From positions 1-39,838 of IMG/VR virus record IMGVR_UViG_3300031260_000020: 39,838 bases of DNA; one strand, given 5' to 3'. The notes below the pieces were generated by a model that was not told the DNA's origin, did no database searches, and saw nothing but the letters and a program-made list of their open reading frames with translations. A program made the position numbers and the translations under genes. The stretch's first letter is position 1, and every line of letters starts with the position of its first letter. Below are positions 1 to 8,508 of this stretch, one piece after another. Origin of the DNA: a virus.

Positions 1-141
1 AATACCCAGCCAGTCATGATCCCACGCAACACGAAGAGTGTATAGACCCGCAATCAAGAGTGTGGGCCAAGAAAATATTGTCTTGAACACGCCCACGATC
101 AGGCCGCCCCCGGTAACAACTATCTGTGAGAGCAAGCTCCA
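1..141. repeat. Terminal direct repeat, identical to 39698..39838 (junction of a circular or terminally redundant genome)
   Basis: Positions 1-141 (aatacccagccagtcatgatcc...gagagcaagctcca) match the last 141 nt of the window exactly. Confidence 0.9.
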
Positions 142-999
142 AGCTGTACCGGCAACCTTGAGTGTCAGGAACGCAGCACCCACACCAACAACAGCCTTGC
201 CGAACGGCCCGAGTTCTTCGTATCCTGCCTTGATAGTATCTTTCAACGTCTTGAGAATGTCGGTCGGTTTCTCAATCTTCGAGCTGAAGTCTTCCATCCA
301 GCCCGCAGCTTTCTGAATGAGAGGATTGAAAGTCTTGCCCAGGACCTCCCCGACATCTCCGAGTGCAGACCAGAATCTCTTGATTCCCACCTGCGTGGTT
401 TCCGAGAGCTGCTCGGCAAAGCCGTCATACTTCTGAATCACGAGGTCGATTGCTGCGCCGCTCTTCAATTGTTCTTGAGTCAGTTCTCTTAAGAACGGGA
501 GAGCTTCTCCAAGTTCACCCGTCAATCCTGCCTGAGTCTTCGCAAGATTCTTCATTGCAGAGTTCAGGTCCATTCCCGTGACCTGAGATAACAAAGTAGC
601 GGCAAGTGTGGCGTTCTCGATCTTTTCTTCAGCTATCCCGAGAGACAGCCCGAGTGCCCCGAGCGCCTGATACGTTTCATTCCCCACACCTGTGAGGTGT
701 TGAAGGTTTGTTGAGAGCTTAGTTATTCTGTCATATGTACCCTGTGCGTCTCTCGTGAACCTCTGAGCCGCGATGGAGAGTTTCATCATTGCCTGCTCCT
801 GCTGGCCCCAGAGTTCAATAGACTTCTTCAACGTAGCCACAACAGAGACGGTCCCAAAAACACCCATCAGGGTACGACCTATCTGTTTCACTGTATTATC
901 AAACGACGCGGCTTGAGTCTGCATCGTCTTGATTCCGTCTGTGAAAGGTCTGGCGTTCAGACCGACGTCAAAATTCAATCCTTCGAAAGCCATAGTCAT
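1..999 (-). CDS. Tail tape measure protein, N-terminal portion (continues across the junction into 36017..39838)
   Basis: Minus-strand frame is open from ATG at 999-997 (MTMAFEGLNFDVGLNARPF...) to position 1; the repeat places this in frame with the 1271-aa ORF; in-frame stop upstream at 1102-1104. Confidence 0.6.
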   Translation of the reverse strand, partial: MTMAFEGLNFDVGLNARPFTDGIKTMQTQAASFDNTVKQIGRTLMGVFGTVSVVATLKKSIELWGQQEQAMMKLSIAAQRFTRDAQGTYDRITKLSTNLQHLTGVGNETYQALGALGLSLGIAEEKIENATLAATLLSQVTGMDLNSAMKNLAKTQAGLTGELGEALPFLRELTQEQLKSGAAIDLVIQKYDGFAEQLSETTQVGIKRFWSALGDVGEVLGKTFNPLIQKAAGWMEDFSSKIEKPTDILKTLKDTIKAGYEELGPFGKAVVGVGAAFLTLKVAGTAWSLLSQIVVTGGGLIVGVFKTIFSWPTLLIAGLYTLRVAWDHDWLGI

Positions 1000-1021
1000 C
1001 AACTCCAAAAGAAAGAAGCGC

Positions 1022-1290
1022 TCAATCAAGAGCGCTCCCTCTATTCTGGCTTGCCTGTTTTGCCCTCTCCGCTTCGCGCCTTTCAAGCGTCGAGATTCCT
1101 GTTATTCCGTAGAGATAGATCAATTGATCTTCACGATTGAGGTTTCTCCATTCTTCGAGTGTGAGTCCAAACTTCTGTATGCAGAGCATCACTTTCAGAG
1201 CTTCGGGGACGTAGTCTTCTTCATACTCGAATCTGTCCCAGTCGTACCAGTCACGTACCCGGTACTCTAGCTCTTGCTGGGCAAAAAATC
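1022..1290 (-). CDS. Tail assembly chaperone -1 frameshift extension (T part of a G-T fusion)
   Basis: The -1 frame relative to 1267..1833 is open from a slippery run (coding strand GGA TTT TTT G; A6 on plus strand at 1283-1288) to a stop at 1022-1024; translation ...EYRVRDWYDWDRFEYEEDYVPEALKVMLCIQKFGLTLEEWRNLNREDQLIYLYG...; directly upstream of the tape measure gene. Confidence 0.5.
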
Positions 1291-1833
1291 CAGCGCTTTG
1301 ATGTCACTCGCAATCTTGTTCAGCTGATTTGCAGTGAAACCCAGATCCTTGAGTGCCTGTTCAAACTCCTCTATCTTGTCGATTCCAAACTCTTCGACCA
1401 TGTCAAGACAGATCATTATCATCAGAATCGAGATGTCATTTGTCCTCTTCTCCACGGCCTTGAGATATTCGGAGTCTGTTTTGTCGTACACCATTGACCA
1501 GCCGTAGTTTGGATCGTTCTTCGCCTGATCGAGAGTGAGACCCTCCTCCATGAACTCTTTGCCAGTATTCTTGTTGATTAATCTCATGGTTTTCGGAGCC
1601 TCGGGTGCGGGGTACTTCTCGTGATACAGTTTCAGGACAGGATGATCTCCGAGTGGATAGATCTCGATCTCGGGGAACTCTTCTTTCATCTCTCCATTCT
1701 CATCAATTCGGGTAACTTTGATGACCGAGTATCCGTGAGACCTGAAGTATCCCTTCTTCGATTCATCCTTCATCATTTCTTTCAAATTAAGCCTTGACGC
1801 TTTCTGGGCGCTTGTTTTTGGCTTGTTTCCCAA
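1267..1833 (-). CDS. Tail assembly chaperone (gpG-like); true start probably the internal Met near 1776
   Basis: 188-aa ORF immediately upstream of the tape measure gene, ending in a slippery heptamer with an open -1 frame; overlaps the upstream gene if started at 1833. Confidence 0.5.
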   Translation of the reverse strand: MGNKPKTSAQKASRLNLKEMMKDESKKGYFRSHGYSVIKVTRIDENGEMKEEFPEIEIYPLGDHPVLKLYHEKYPAPEAPKTMRLINKNTGKEFMEEGLTLDQAKNDPNYGWSMVYDKTDSEYLKAVEKRTNDISILMIMICLDMVEEFGIDKIEEFEQALKDLGFTANQLNKIASDIKALDFLPSKS

Positions 1834-2872
1834 GTCTGTTCCCTCCTTTTTTGATCTGTTTCCATGCTATCTTCGCGAGCTTCTCCGGGTAGTCTCCCCA
1901 CGCCAGCTCGTCGTTCTCTATCGAGTTGGTTCTCGCCTTGATGGTTTGTGCAAATGTCGCGCACGCGTAGACCTGCTCCCATTGATCGAAGAGCGCCCAT
2001 GCCTGTGCAAGAGCAACCCACGATTCGCGGAGCCAGGGACACTCGGCCACAGACTTTAGCATCCACTCTATGACCTCACCCGCATCGACTGTCTTGTCTT
2101 GCTTGTGTCTCTGCATGAGAGCTTGCGAGATATACCGCATTGAGAGCGCCCGAAGTTGCTCAATGACCATGCGATTCTCGCCTTCCTCAATCTCTTTCGT
2201 GAGGTCAAGGTGTCTCTTGGCCTCTTCGATGGCCTCTTCAAACCTGTTGTGCATCATAAGTTCTCTGGCTCGAAGCCATGAAAGACGTTGATCTGTGGGA
2301 TCTTCGGAGACAGCCTTGTCGATGAGCTTCTGGTACTCTCTCGGTTTTGATAAATCCTGATAATGCCAGCTGTGAATATCCTCGCAATACACTTCGAGCG
2401 TCTCACCACTTCCGTGCCATGCCAAGATTTCGTGAATTGGAGACTCCCAGTGATAACCGTGCCGGACGTGGATCTTCCACTGGTACATTGAAGCCTTTGG
2501 TTTCGTGCACTTCTCATCGAACCAGCTGAACACGAAAGGCCAGCGAACGAGAGTGGCCTGCGGGTACATTTGAAAGATTTTCTCGACCTTCTTTTTCCAG
2601 CCCTTCTCAATCACTTCGTCGAGGTCAATACAGAGACAAACATCATAGTCTTCAGGCACGTTCTCAAGCGAGATGTTTCTGGCTACGTCGAATCGCCATG
2701 GCTCAACCTTAGCATGAAAGACATTGACCCCGCGTTCTTCGAGAAGCCGGACAGTGTCGTCAGTCGATCCGGTGTCGGTAACAAAAACTCCATCCGCTTC
2801 TTGGATAGAGTCATACCATCGAGGCACATTCTTGGCCTCGTTCTTGCATATCGCATACACTGCGACCTTCAA
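1787..2872 (-). CDS. Family-2 glycosyltransferase with helical/TPR-like C-terminal half
   Basis: N-terminus KVAVYAICKNEAKNVPRWYDSIQEADGVFVTDTGSTDDT and CIDLDE (DXD-like) are typical GT-A/GT2 motifs; 361 aa. Confidence 0.65.
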   Translation of the reverse strand: MKVAVYAICKNEAKNVPRWYDSIQEADGVFVTDTGSTDDTVRLLEERGVNVFHAKVEPWRFDVARNISLENVPEDYDVCLCIDLDEVIEKGWKKKVEKIFQMYPQATLVRWPFVFSWFDEKCTKPKASMYQWKIHVRHGYHWESPIHEILAWHGSGETLEVYCEDIHSWHYQDLSKPREYQKLIDKAVSEDPTDQRLSWLRARELMMHNRFEEAIEEAKRHLDLTKEIEEGENRMVIEQLRALSMRYISQALMQRHKQDKTVDAGEVIEWMLKSVAECPWLRESWVALAQAWALFDQWEQVYACATFAQTIKARTNSIENDELAWGDYPEKLAKIAWKQIKKGGNRLGKQAKNKRPESVKA

Positions 2873-2891
2873 GTTATCCCCTCCCTGTGTG

Positions 2892-3344
2892 TTACACGTC
2901 GTCGTTCCTTTCTATCTCGATCAGTGCAACCGTTCCGGTATAGTACGCTGTACCGTCTGGTGCCCTGAGTGCCTGATTGAATTGGCAGCGTTGTTCCCCT
3001 GCCGTGTCCGCAAAGACCACATAGAACCTGCCTTGATACTCCGTGCCGTCATCGTCTTGCATCGGGAACGTGAGAGTCATTGGGTTCGCGACGTTCGGTT
3101 TTGCCTTCAGAAAGTCGTGGAGCTTTGAGACTTCCTTCTGCGTTGCGACTCCGTTTTCATCCCAAGTCAGCAAAAAATACTGAAACGTCGAACCCTGTTC
3201 GGTTTCCCATTTGTCGACTATCTCCCCGCTTTCCGCATCTGTCTCTGTGGGAGCGTTCGGAGAATAAAGCCAGCTTTCGTAGTCTTTCGGTTTGAGCTGG
3301 ATTATCTCTCCTCCATACTCAAGACTAATCATAGAGATCACCAC
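2892..3344 (-). CDS. Hypothetical protein (tail module)
   Basis: 150-aa ORF, protein-like composition, no recognisable motif. Confidence 0.4.
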   Translation of the reverse strand: MVISMISLEYGGEIIQLKPKDYESWLYSPNAPTETDAESGEIVDKWETEQGSTFQYFLLTWDENGVATQKEVSKLHDFLKAKPNVANPMTLTFPMQDDDGTEYQGRFYVVFADTAGEQRCQFNQALRAPDGTAYYTGTVALIEIERNDDV

Positions 3345-4230
3345 ACTTTATGACAATGTTTTCAGTTCCGTTCAGGTAGTCCAGAGAAGCGTCCGGGTCG
3401 ATATGGCAGACTCCAAGATACTCTGTGCTCGAATCGCGAGGGTTTTCTACCTTGAGTCTGAATTTCTTGTCTCTGTATTCTTCGAGAATGTTGTCTTGAG
3501 ATTCGATGAGGTCTTTCCCCACCGAGACCGTGTATGTCTTGTTGCCCGAGACTTTCAAGGGTGCTCCGTCAACATTGAGATACCCTGTTTTCTCTTCGTT
3601 CTCGGTAACCGTCAGGTCAACGAGAGCCGGGACGGTTTCAACCGTTCCCGAGACTTCAAAATATTCAAGTGCAACAACCGGTTCTTGATATTCGACAGCG
3701 AGGTTATACTCAATTTCTATCAGTGCCTTACGCCTCGGGGCGGTAGCAAATGTCACATTGGTAGTCGTAACGGTCACGTCGGTTTCTTCGAGACCATTCA
3801 CATATGCCTTGATGTTTGATGTGCCGCTTGGTGTCTCTGAGAGAGTAAACACCGTAGTGTAACCGTCTCCTTCAAATATGTCCAATTGTTTCTGCTGATT
3901 TAGTTCAACCAGCGCGCCGTCTCTATCCGTGACAAACCCAACTCCAGCACCTATTTCTGTTGTTTGAGGAATGAGGAGCATGTATAGAACTTCATGATCT
4001 CCATCTGCCACGGTTGCCGCGCAGGTAGTCCCCACAACAGTACCGGTCACACCTCCGGTGACTTCACAGTTTCCCTTGCCAGCATACGAAAGTGTTGCAG
4101 TGTTGCTCGCAAAAGTCACTGTCTCCTTATACCAACGTCTCAGCAACTTCCAGCCGTTATCATAGTATATTTCGTCTCTTGCTTCTGAATTCCCGTAAAG
4201 TTCATAATCCAGATACATTGAATCGTTCAT
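3325..4230 (-). CDS. Putative virion structural protein with Ig-like beta-rich C-terminal region (possibly major tail protein)
   Basis: 301 aa; Thr/Val-rich segment YTTVFTLSETPSGTSNIKAYVNGLEETDVTVTTTNVTFATAP resembles Ig-like domains; located in the tail module. Confidence 0.35.
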   Translation of the reverse strand: MNDSMYLDYELYGNSEARDEIYYDNGWKLLRRWYKETVTFASNTATLSYAGKGNCEVTGGVTGTVVGTTCAATVADGDHEVLYMLLIPQTTEIGAGVGFVTDRDGALVELNQQKQLDIFEGDGYTTVFTLSETPSGTSNIKAYVNGLEETDVTVTTTNVTFATAPRRKALIEIEYNLAVEYQEPVVALEYFEVSGTVETVPALVDLTVTENEEKTGYLNVDGAPLKVSGNKTYTVSVGKDLIESQDNILEEYRDKKFRLKVENPRDSSTEYLGVCHIDPDASLDYLNGTENIVIKCGDLYD

Positions 4231-4268
4231 AGATTCACCTCCAGTAGAGGTTCAAGATATTTGCGTCA

Positions 4269-4958
4269 TTATCTTAGAAATTCACTCAGTTCTTTCTCTG
4301 ATGCGTCTTTTCCATATATCCTGTGAAATTCTCTGTGACACTTAGGGCAAAGTAAAATACCGTTACTGGGTTCACACATTAGTTCTGCATAAAATCTAAC
4401 TGGTTTGATGTGGTGAACGTGCATCCTGCTTTTTGAAGTACCACACTTTTGACATCGATAATTGTCTCTTTCTCTAACTGCTTTCAGAAAGTCTTTGAAT
4501 TTCTTTGTTGCTCTAATTCGTTCAAATTTAGAAGAGATTCCGCCTTTCCAATTTGGATGTTCTGCACCTTTTCTTCTTAGCTTTTTAGCAGATTCGGCCG
4601 CCTTTTCTTTTTGCAAACAACCGCAACTTTTAGTCTTCCCATTTTCCAACATCCAATTCATAACTTCAATTTGGTTACCACACTCACAATTGCATATCGA
4701 ATAACCCGTCCTTGAAGAAGGAGCAATAACTGTGAGCCTACCGTATTTTGATCCAACTTCAAGTTCCTTCCCCAGTTTTTGTTTTAATGCACACTTTTGG
4801 CACATATGATGACCGTTTTTCACTAACCTGCTATAAGCAACGATTCTCACTTCTTCACAGACTGGGCATTGAACCTCCACCAACTTGGTTGATGATGGTT
4901 TCAACTCGCTAACTGGTATTTGTCTTCCTCTGTATTTAACAGTTTTCGTCAGTATCAC
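4269..4958 (-). CDS. HNH endonuclease with N-terminal Cys-rich zinc-finger-like region (GTG start)
   Basis: C-terminal motif YRCQKCG...HVHHIKP...NGILLCPKCH is a classic HNH signature; RBS GAAGGAG 8 nt upstream of GTG. Confidence 0.8.
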   Translation of the reverse strand: MILTKTVKYRGRQIPVSELKPSSTKLVEVQCPVCEEVRIVAYSRLVKNGHHMCQKCALKQKLGKELEVGSKYGRLTVIAPSSRTGYSICNCECGNQIEVMNWMLENGKTKSCGCLQKEKAAESAKKLRRKGAEHPNWKGGISSKFERIRATKKFKDFLKAVRERDNYRCQKCGTSKSRMHVHHIKPVRFYAELMCEPSNGILLCPKCHREFHRIYGKDASEKELSEFLR

Positions 4959-5008
4959 CGCATCATCTCCTTCAATATATTATATCACATAATGCGGTAA
5001 GACGAATG

Positions 5009-5078
5009 ATTATTCAGATTCCAATAGAAAGGTCCTGCATTTGAGCTGTTATTCCAATTGCTGCCCTGTTGAAAGCAG
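5009..5078 (-). repeat. DGR-like template repeat (TR), non-coding, between the target gene stop and the HNH gene
   Basis: 70-bp match to 5206..5275; all 13 mismatches fall at TR positions that are A on the coding (minus) strand; in the target frame TR encodes AAT/AAC-rich ...CFQQGSNWNNSSNAGPFYWNLNN. Confidence 0.75.
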
Positions 5079-5145
5079 GCTCCTTCAATCACAGACCAAA
5101 CTTGTATGTTAGTGTACCAAAATTGTTACAAACCGGCGAAAACCA

Positions 5146-6504
5146 TTAAACCGTAGGAACATAGCAGGCGCGCGCCCCGATGCTCCGATACCGATAAGCG
5201 AACGAATAAGCCAGATACCAATAGAAAGGCCCCGCATATGAGCCGTTATACCAATGGCCGCCCCGTAGAAAGCAGTTCGTACTATAACTAGACGGTGCAT
5301 AAAGATGGTCACATACGAACTTGCTTGCAGATGGAACATCTGTTTGGATACTTTTCGGCAGGAACAGACCTTTAGAGTCAGGAACCCAATAAAAATTTTT
5401 CAGGTATCCGTTTGTAACCGGAGGAGAGCACGGTATCTGAGTATAGCCGGCCAGTGTATTGTTGTATGGCCTATCGGGAGCTACATAATAACCATCAGAC
5501 TTTATGCCTCCACCGTCTGTAAACTCCCACATGTCGCCCCACCAGTTTTCCAGCCCGAATAGAGAAACAGCCTCAAGGTTTGTACCGCCTGTGTCCACTG
5601 CTCCGAGTGAAGCCGTCGCACCTGTAAGCTCTGATTCGTTCCCTGTGCCAGATGCTTTTCCTGTTATGCCCTGTCCTATCATCGCCTGCGCATTGAAATT
5701 TGCATATTTGATAAGATAGAGAAGATTAACCATTCCGGCCTGTTTCAAATCAACAAGTCCCCATCCGGTACCCCTGTTCTCTGCCATGGTGCGAAATTCC
5801 GGTAAGGTTTGATTTGATTTTGGCTTTCTTCCCGATACCGAACGCAGCATGTGGTTTGGTAAATCACCAGTAGCTATCAGTATCGGAGTCGAACCGTCTG
5901 ACGGGTCTTCTATCCATGTACTATCTGAGATTCTTTGCACTGTACCTTTATATGCTCCTAAATATATTTCTTCGAGTATTTGCCCGCCAATTACAAAGCA
6001 GTCAAATGGTACAAACCCAGGCAGCGGTTCAGGTGAAAAATACATTCTTACTTTTTCGTCTTCCGGTGAGTAATATGTGAAATAATAGGCTTTCTTGAAC
6101 CTTGATACCACATCGCCGGCCGTGCCATCTTCAATAAATCCTGGATCACCAAAAGATGCGACCCAATTTCCAGCACTATCGAGAGTCATTCTTTCTATGC
6201 TCGCAAATGGTTCGATAAGATTAAAATCGCTAGAACCCATCCCGACGGCTTTTCCTATCCTGGTAAGCACGGGAGAGCTATCACTGAGATCCCATTCCAC
6301 ACCATATGCATCATCTGGGATATTATGAGCTATCAGCTCTCCTATTCTTGCTCCAGTCAAACCGGAATGTTTGCCATAGAAATGAGGAATATAACCGCAC
6401 CGCCCTTTGTTTGTGCGATTCAGCATTCTTGTTTGAACTTCCTGCTCTGTGAGTTCTTCTATGCTGAGACTGATCTTTTTCTTCTGCCATTTTCTGTATG
6501 CCAT
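5146..6504 (-). CDS. DGR-type variable target protein; C-terminal C-type-lectin/FGE-sulfatase-like fold; putative receptor-binding/tail protein
   Basis: C-terminus ENWWGDMWEFTDGGG...FLRGGHWYNGSYAGPFYWY...RSIGARACYV resembles FGE/CLec domains of DGR variable proteins; carries the VR at its 3' end. Confidence 0.7.
   Translation of the reverse strand: MAYRKWQKKKISLSIEELTEQEVQTRMLNRTNKGRCGYIPHFYGKHSGLTGARIGELIAHNIPDDAYGVEWDLSDSSPVLTRIGKAVGMGSSDFNLIEPFASIERMTLDSAGNWVASFGDPGFIEDGTAGDVVSRFKKAYYFTYYSPEDEKVRMYFSPEPLPGFVPFDCFVIGGQILEEIYLGAYKGTVQRISDSTWIEDPSDGSTPILIATGDLPNHMLRSVSGRKPKSNQTLPEFRTMAENRGTGWGLVDLKQAGMVNLLYLIKYANFNAQAMIGQGITGKASGTGNESELTGATASLGAVDTGGTNLEAVSLFGLENWWGDMWEFTDGGGIKSDGYYVAPDRPYNNTLAGYTQIPCSPPVTNGYLKNFYWVPDSKGLFLPKSIQTDVPSASKFVCDHLYAPSSYSTNCFLRGGHWYNGSYAGPFYWYLAYSFAYRYRSIGARACYVPTV
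5206..5275 (-). repeat. DGR-like variable repeat (VR) inside the 3' end of the target gene
   Basis: Encodes ...NCFLRGGHWYNGSYAGPFYWYLAY; differs from TR only where TR has adenine; followed by a GC-only stretch GGGGCGCGCGCC (IMH-like) absent next to TR. Confidence 0.75.
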
Positions 6505-6549
6505 TTTCTGCCTCCCAGTTCAAAGAATGAAGGGGCCGGAGCCCCTCCA

Positions 6550-6786
6550 TCAGAGAGTTTTTTCATCAATTACTTCTTTGGTTCCAAGACTCTTCACGAT
6601 TGCCTCTTTCAGTTCTTCGAGAACAACATTCGTAGCAATACACTGGAGAGTAACCTTGTTGTTCTCAATGAACTTGTCTGATTCGATCGTGATTGGACCT
6701 TTAATTGTGGTTTTTGTAGGATTCTCGAACTTTGCTAACAGTTTGCCATTCCCATCGTACAACTCAATCTCATAAACGATGTTCAT
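6550..6786 (-). CDS. Hypothetical protein
   Basis: 78-aa minus-strand ORF between the putative major tail gene and the DGR target. Confidence 0.3.
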   Translation of the reverse strand: MNIVYEIELYDGNGKLLAKFENPTKTTIKGPITIESDKFIENNKVTLQCIATNVVLEELKEAIVKSLGTKEVIDEKTL

Positions 6787-6794
6787 AACATCAC

Positions 6795-7355
6795 CTACGA
6801 TGTGATGTCGGTTGGGGCGCCCACAATCTGCATCCTGAGAGTAACCTGAGCTTTGTTACTGGTGCTGAAGGTCGCAGAAATCGGTCTGACATATTTATAG
6901 CTCTTTCCAAACGCCTTCGAAGTTCCAGCGTTGTTGAACAAGACTTTCATACCGATTGTGAACCAGCTAGTAGCAAGATTTGCAGATACGGTAGTGCCGT
7001 CGATACTCTTCTTCAAGTATGCAGAGCCATCATTCGTGCTAACAAGCGCGGTGGCTCCGTTGCTCTCTTTGTGATTGTTGAACCATTCGTTCAGAGCATA
7101 CTTGTTAGTTGCTACATCATCATCGTTGATGTCGACTGTTATTGAGAACTCTGGCAGATTGACAGTGTCGTCACCCTCTTCTATGCTGTTGAAAACACCT
7201 TGAGGTGCATAACCTTCGGCCGGAGCATCAACGACAGGTTCGGGCAGTTCCGGAACGTCAGCATACCCGGTGATGGTCTCGGTGAATGGTGTGGTAGGTG
7301 TACCATCAAACAGCGAGATGGTCACATGTTTCTTTCTAAGATATGGTCTTCCCAT
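6795..7355 (-). CDS. Putative major tail (tube) protein
   Basis: 186 aa, follows head-tail joining genes; assigned by position and size only. Confidence 0.4.
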   Translation of the reverse strand: MGRPYLRKKHVTISLFDGTPTTPFTETITGYADVPELPEPVVDAPAEGYAPQGVFNSIEEGDDTVNLPEFSITVDINDDDVATNKYALNEWFNNHKESNGATALVSTNDGSAYLKKSIDGTTVSANLATSWFTIGMKVLFNNAGTSKAFGKSYKYVRPISATFSTSNKAQVTLRMQIVGAPTDITS

Positions 7356-7373
7356 GAGAAGTTCCTCCTTTGT

Positions 7374-7787
7374 TTACTCGATAAATTCATAATACACAGT
7401 GATGGCTCGCACTGCGTAGTTGCTTAATGTTGATTGCTGAGAGAGTTCATATCTGGAGATCTGAAGCTCTCCAAGCTTAACTGTTGGTTTTCCACCTACA
7501 TAATCCATGACAGGAATGCTACTTGAGTCTTCGATTGCCGCTGTGAGAGTGCCGATGATAGTATCAAGCGTACTTACGCTCTTTGAATGTACGAGTAGTT
7601 GAGTAAAGTCGTACTGATACGCTTTTCTATCATCCTGTGCCCTCCCCATCGACGTTTGAAGTTCGATGAAGCTATCCTCAGTCATATTCTCATTCTTTCG
7701 ATCTATGTACCATGTCCCCGAGCTGTACTTTCCTGAAAAGTACATTCTCAGAGACGCTTGAATGTTTCGGTAGAGAGCGGCTGTCAT
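7374..7787 (-). CDS. Putative tail terminator / tail completion protein
   Basis: 137-aa ORF in the canonical position between neck and tail tube genes. Confidence 0.35.
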   Translation of the reverse strand: MTAALYRNIQASLRMYFSGKYSSGTWYIDRKNENMTEDSFIELQTSMGRAQDDRKAYQYDFTQLLVHSKSVSTLDTIIGTLTAAIEDSSSIPVMDYVGGKPTVKLGELQISRYELSQQSTLSNYAVRAITVYYEFIE

Positions 7788-8173
7788 TGCGCCTCCCTCC
7801 TCTTTTTCTCGATCCAGGCTTCGATTCTGGAACGTATGAATTCAGGGGCCTTCCTTCGCCATTCTTCCAGTGTCCTGCGAACGAAGCCCGCACTTGCTGC
7901 CTGACCGTATTCAACATGGAAGATATACTCAGTGTTGTTGAAGATATGGTAGGCCATAGCATTTGCAATTTCTGCGAGATTCCAATTGCCTCTCAAGTTC
8001 CCGGTCACCACGGGCGAGTTGAGCTTCAGGTCCGCAAGTATTGCATTAGCCAAATCACGGATAACAACTTTTGCGCACTCGGGGTCCATCCGTGCCGAGA
8101 GAGTCTGCAGGTATCTGTTCAGTTCATCCACATTGGAGCGAATATGAGCGTCTCGATCGCCATGCTGTTTCAT
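7784..8173 (-). CDS. Putative HK97 gp10-like neck/tail component
   Basis: 129-aa ORF, translationally coupled (4-nt overlaps) within the head-tail joining cluster. Confidence 0.4.
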   Translation of the reverse strand: MKQHGDRDAHIRSNVDELNRYLQTLSARMDPECAKVVIRDLANAILADLKLNSPVVTGNLRGNWNLAEIANAMAYHIFNNTEYIFHVEYGQAASAGFVRRTLEEWRRKAPEFIRSRIEAWIEKKRREAQ

Positions 8174-8508
8174 GTGGGGTTGACTCCGAGAACGAAGTAA
8201 CCCTGCTTGATCTCCAGCACGTCAATACGGTAGTCTGAACTACTGATCTCCAGTATGTCTGATACTGAAACCTGAGCGGTGAGAATAACCCTCAGAGACT
8301 CAAGAGTCAGTTTGCCGTTGCTGCTCGCTATCTGATCCTGTCTCCACGAACCGACATATCCTGTCGTCTCAGTCTCTGTACCATACGTTGTCGTTTGCAA
8401 GCCTGTGAGCGGGTCGATCGTGGTAGTAGGATTTGACTTGATGGTGAACGTGGACTGGGGCAGCTTCCTTATGAAAGCAGGATTGAGACTTGCAAACTTG
8501 CTAAACAT
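8170..8508 (-). CDS. Putative head closure / head-tail adaptor protein (start at internal Met; the 207-aa track ORF is an over-extension)
   Basis: Upstream part of ORF 8170..8793 overlaps the connector gene in another frame; MFSKFASLNPAF... begins at 8508. Confidence 0.4.
   Translation of the reverse strand: MFSKFASLNPAFIRKLPQSTFTIKSNPTTTIDPLTGLQTTTYGTETETTGYVGSWRQDQIASSNGKLTLESLRVILTAQVSVSDILEISSSDYRIDVLEIKQGYFVLGVNPT

Noticed and set aside
38-1270. Plus-strand ORFs 38..316, 913..1140 and 929..1270
   Set aside because: They are antisense to the tape measure N-terminus and the chaperone frameshift region and have low-complexity, Pro/Ser/Arg-rich translations; they look like antisense artifacts
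5109-5339. 76-aa minus-strand ORF overlapping the VR and the target gene 3' end
   Set aside because: Different frame from the target gene, whose frame gives the CLec-like C-terminus; spans the intergenic spacer
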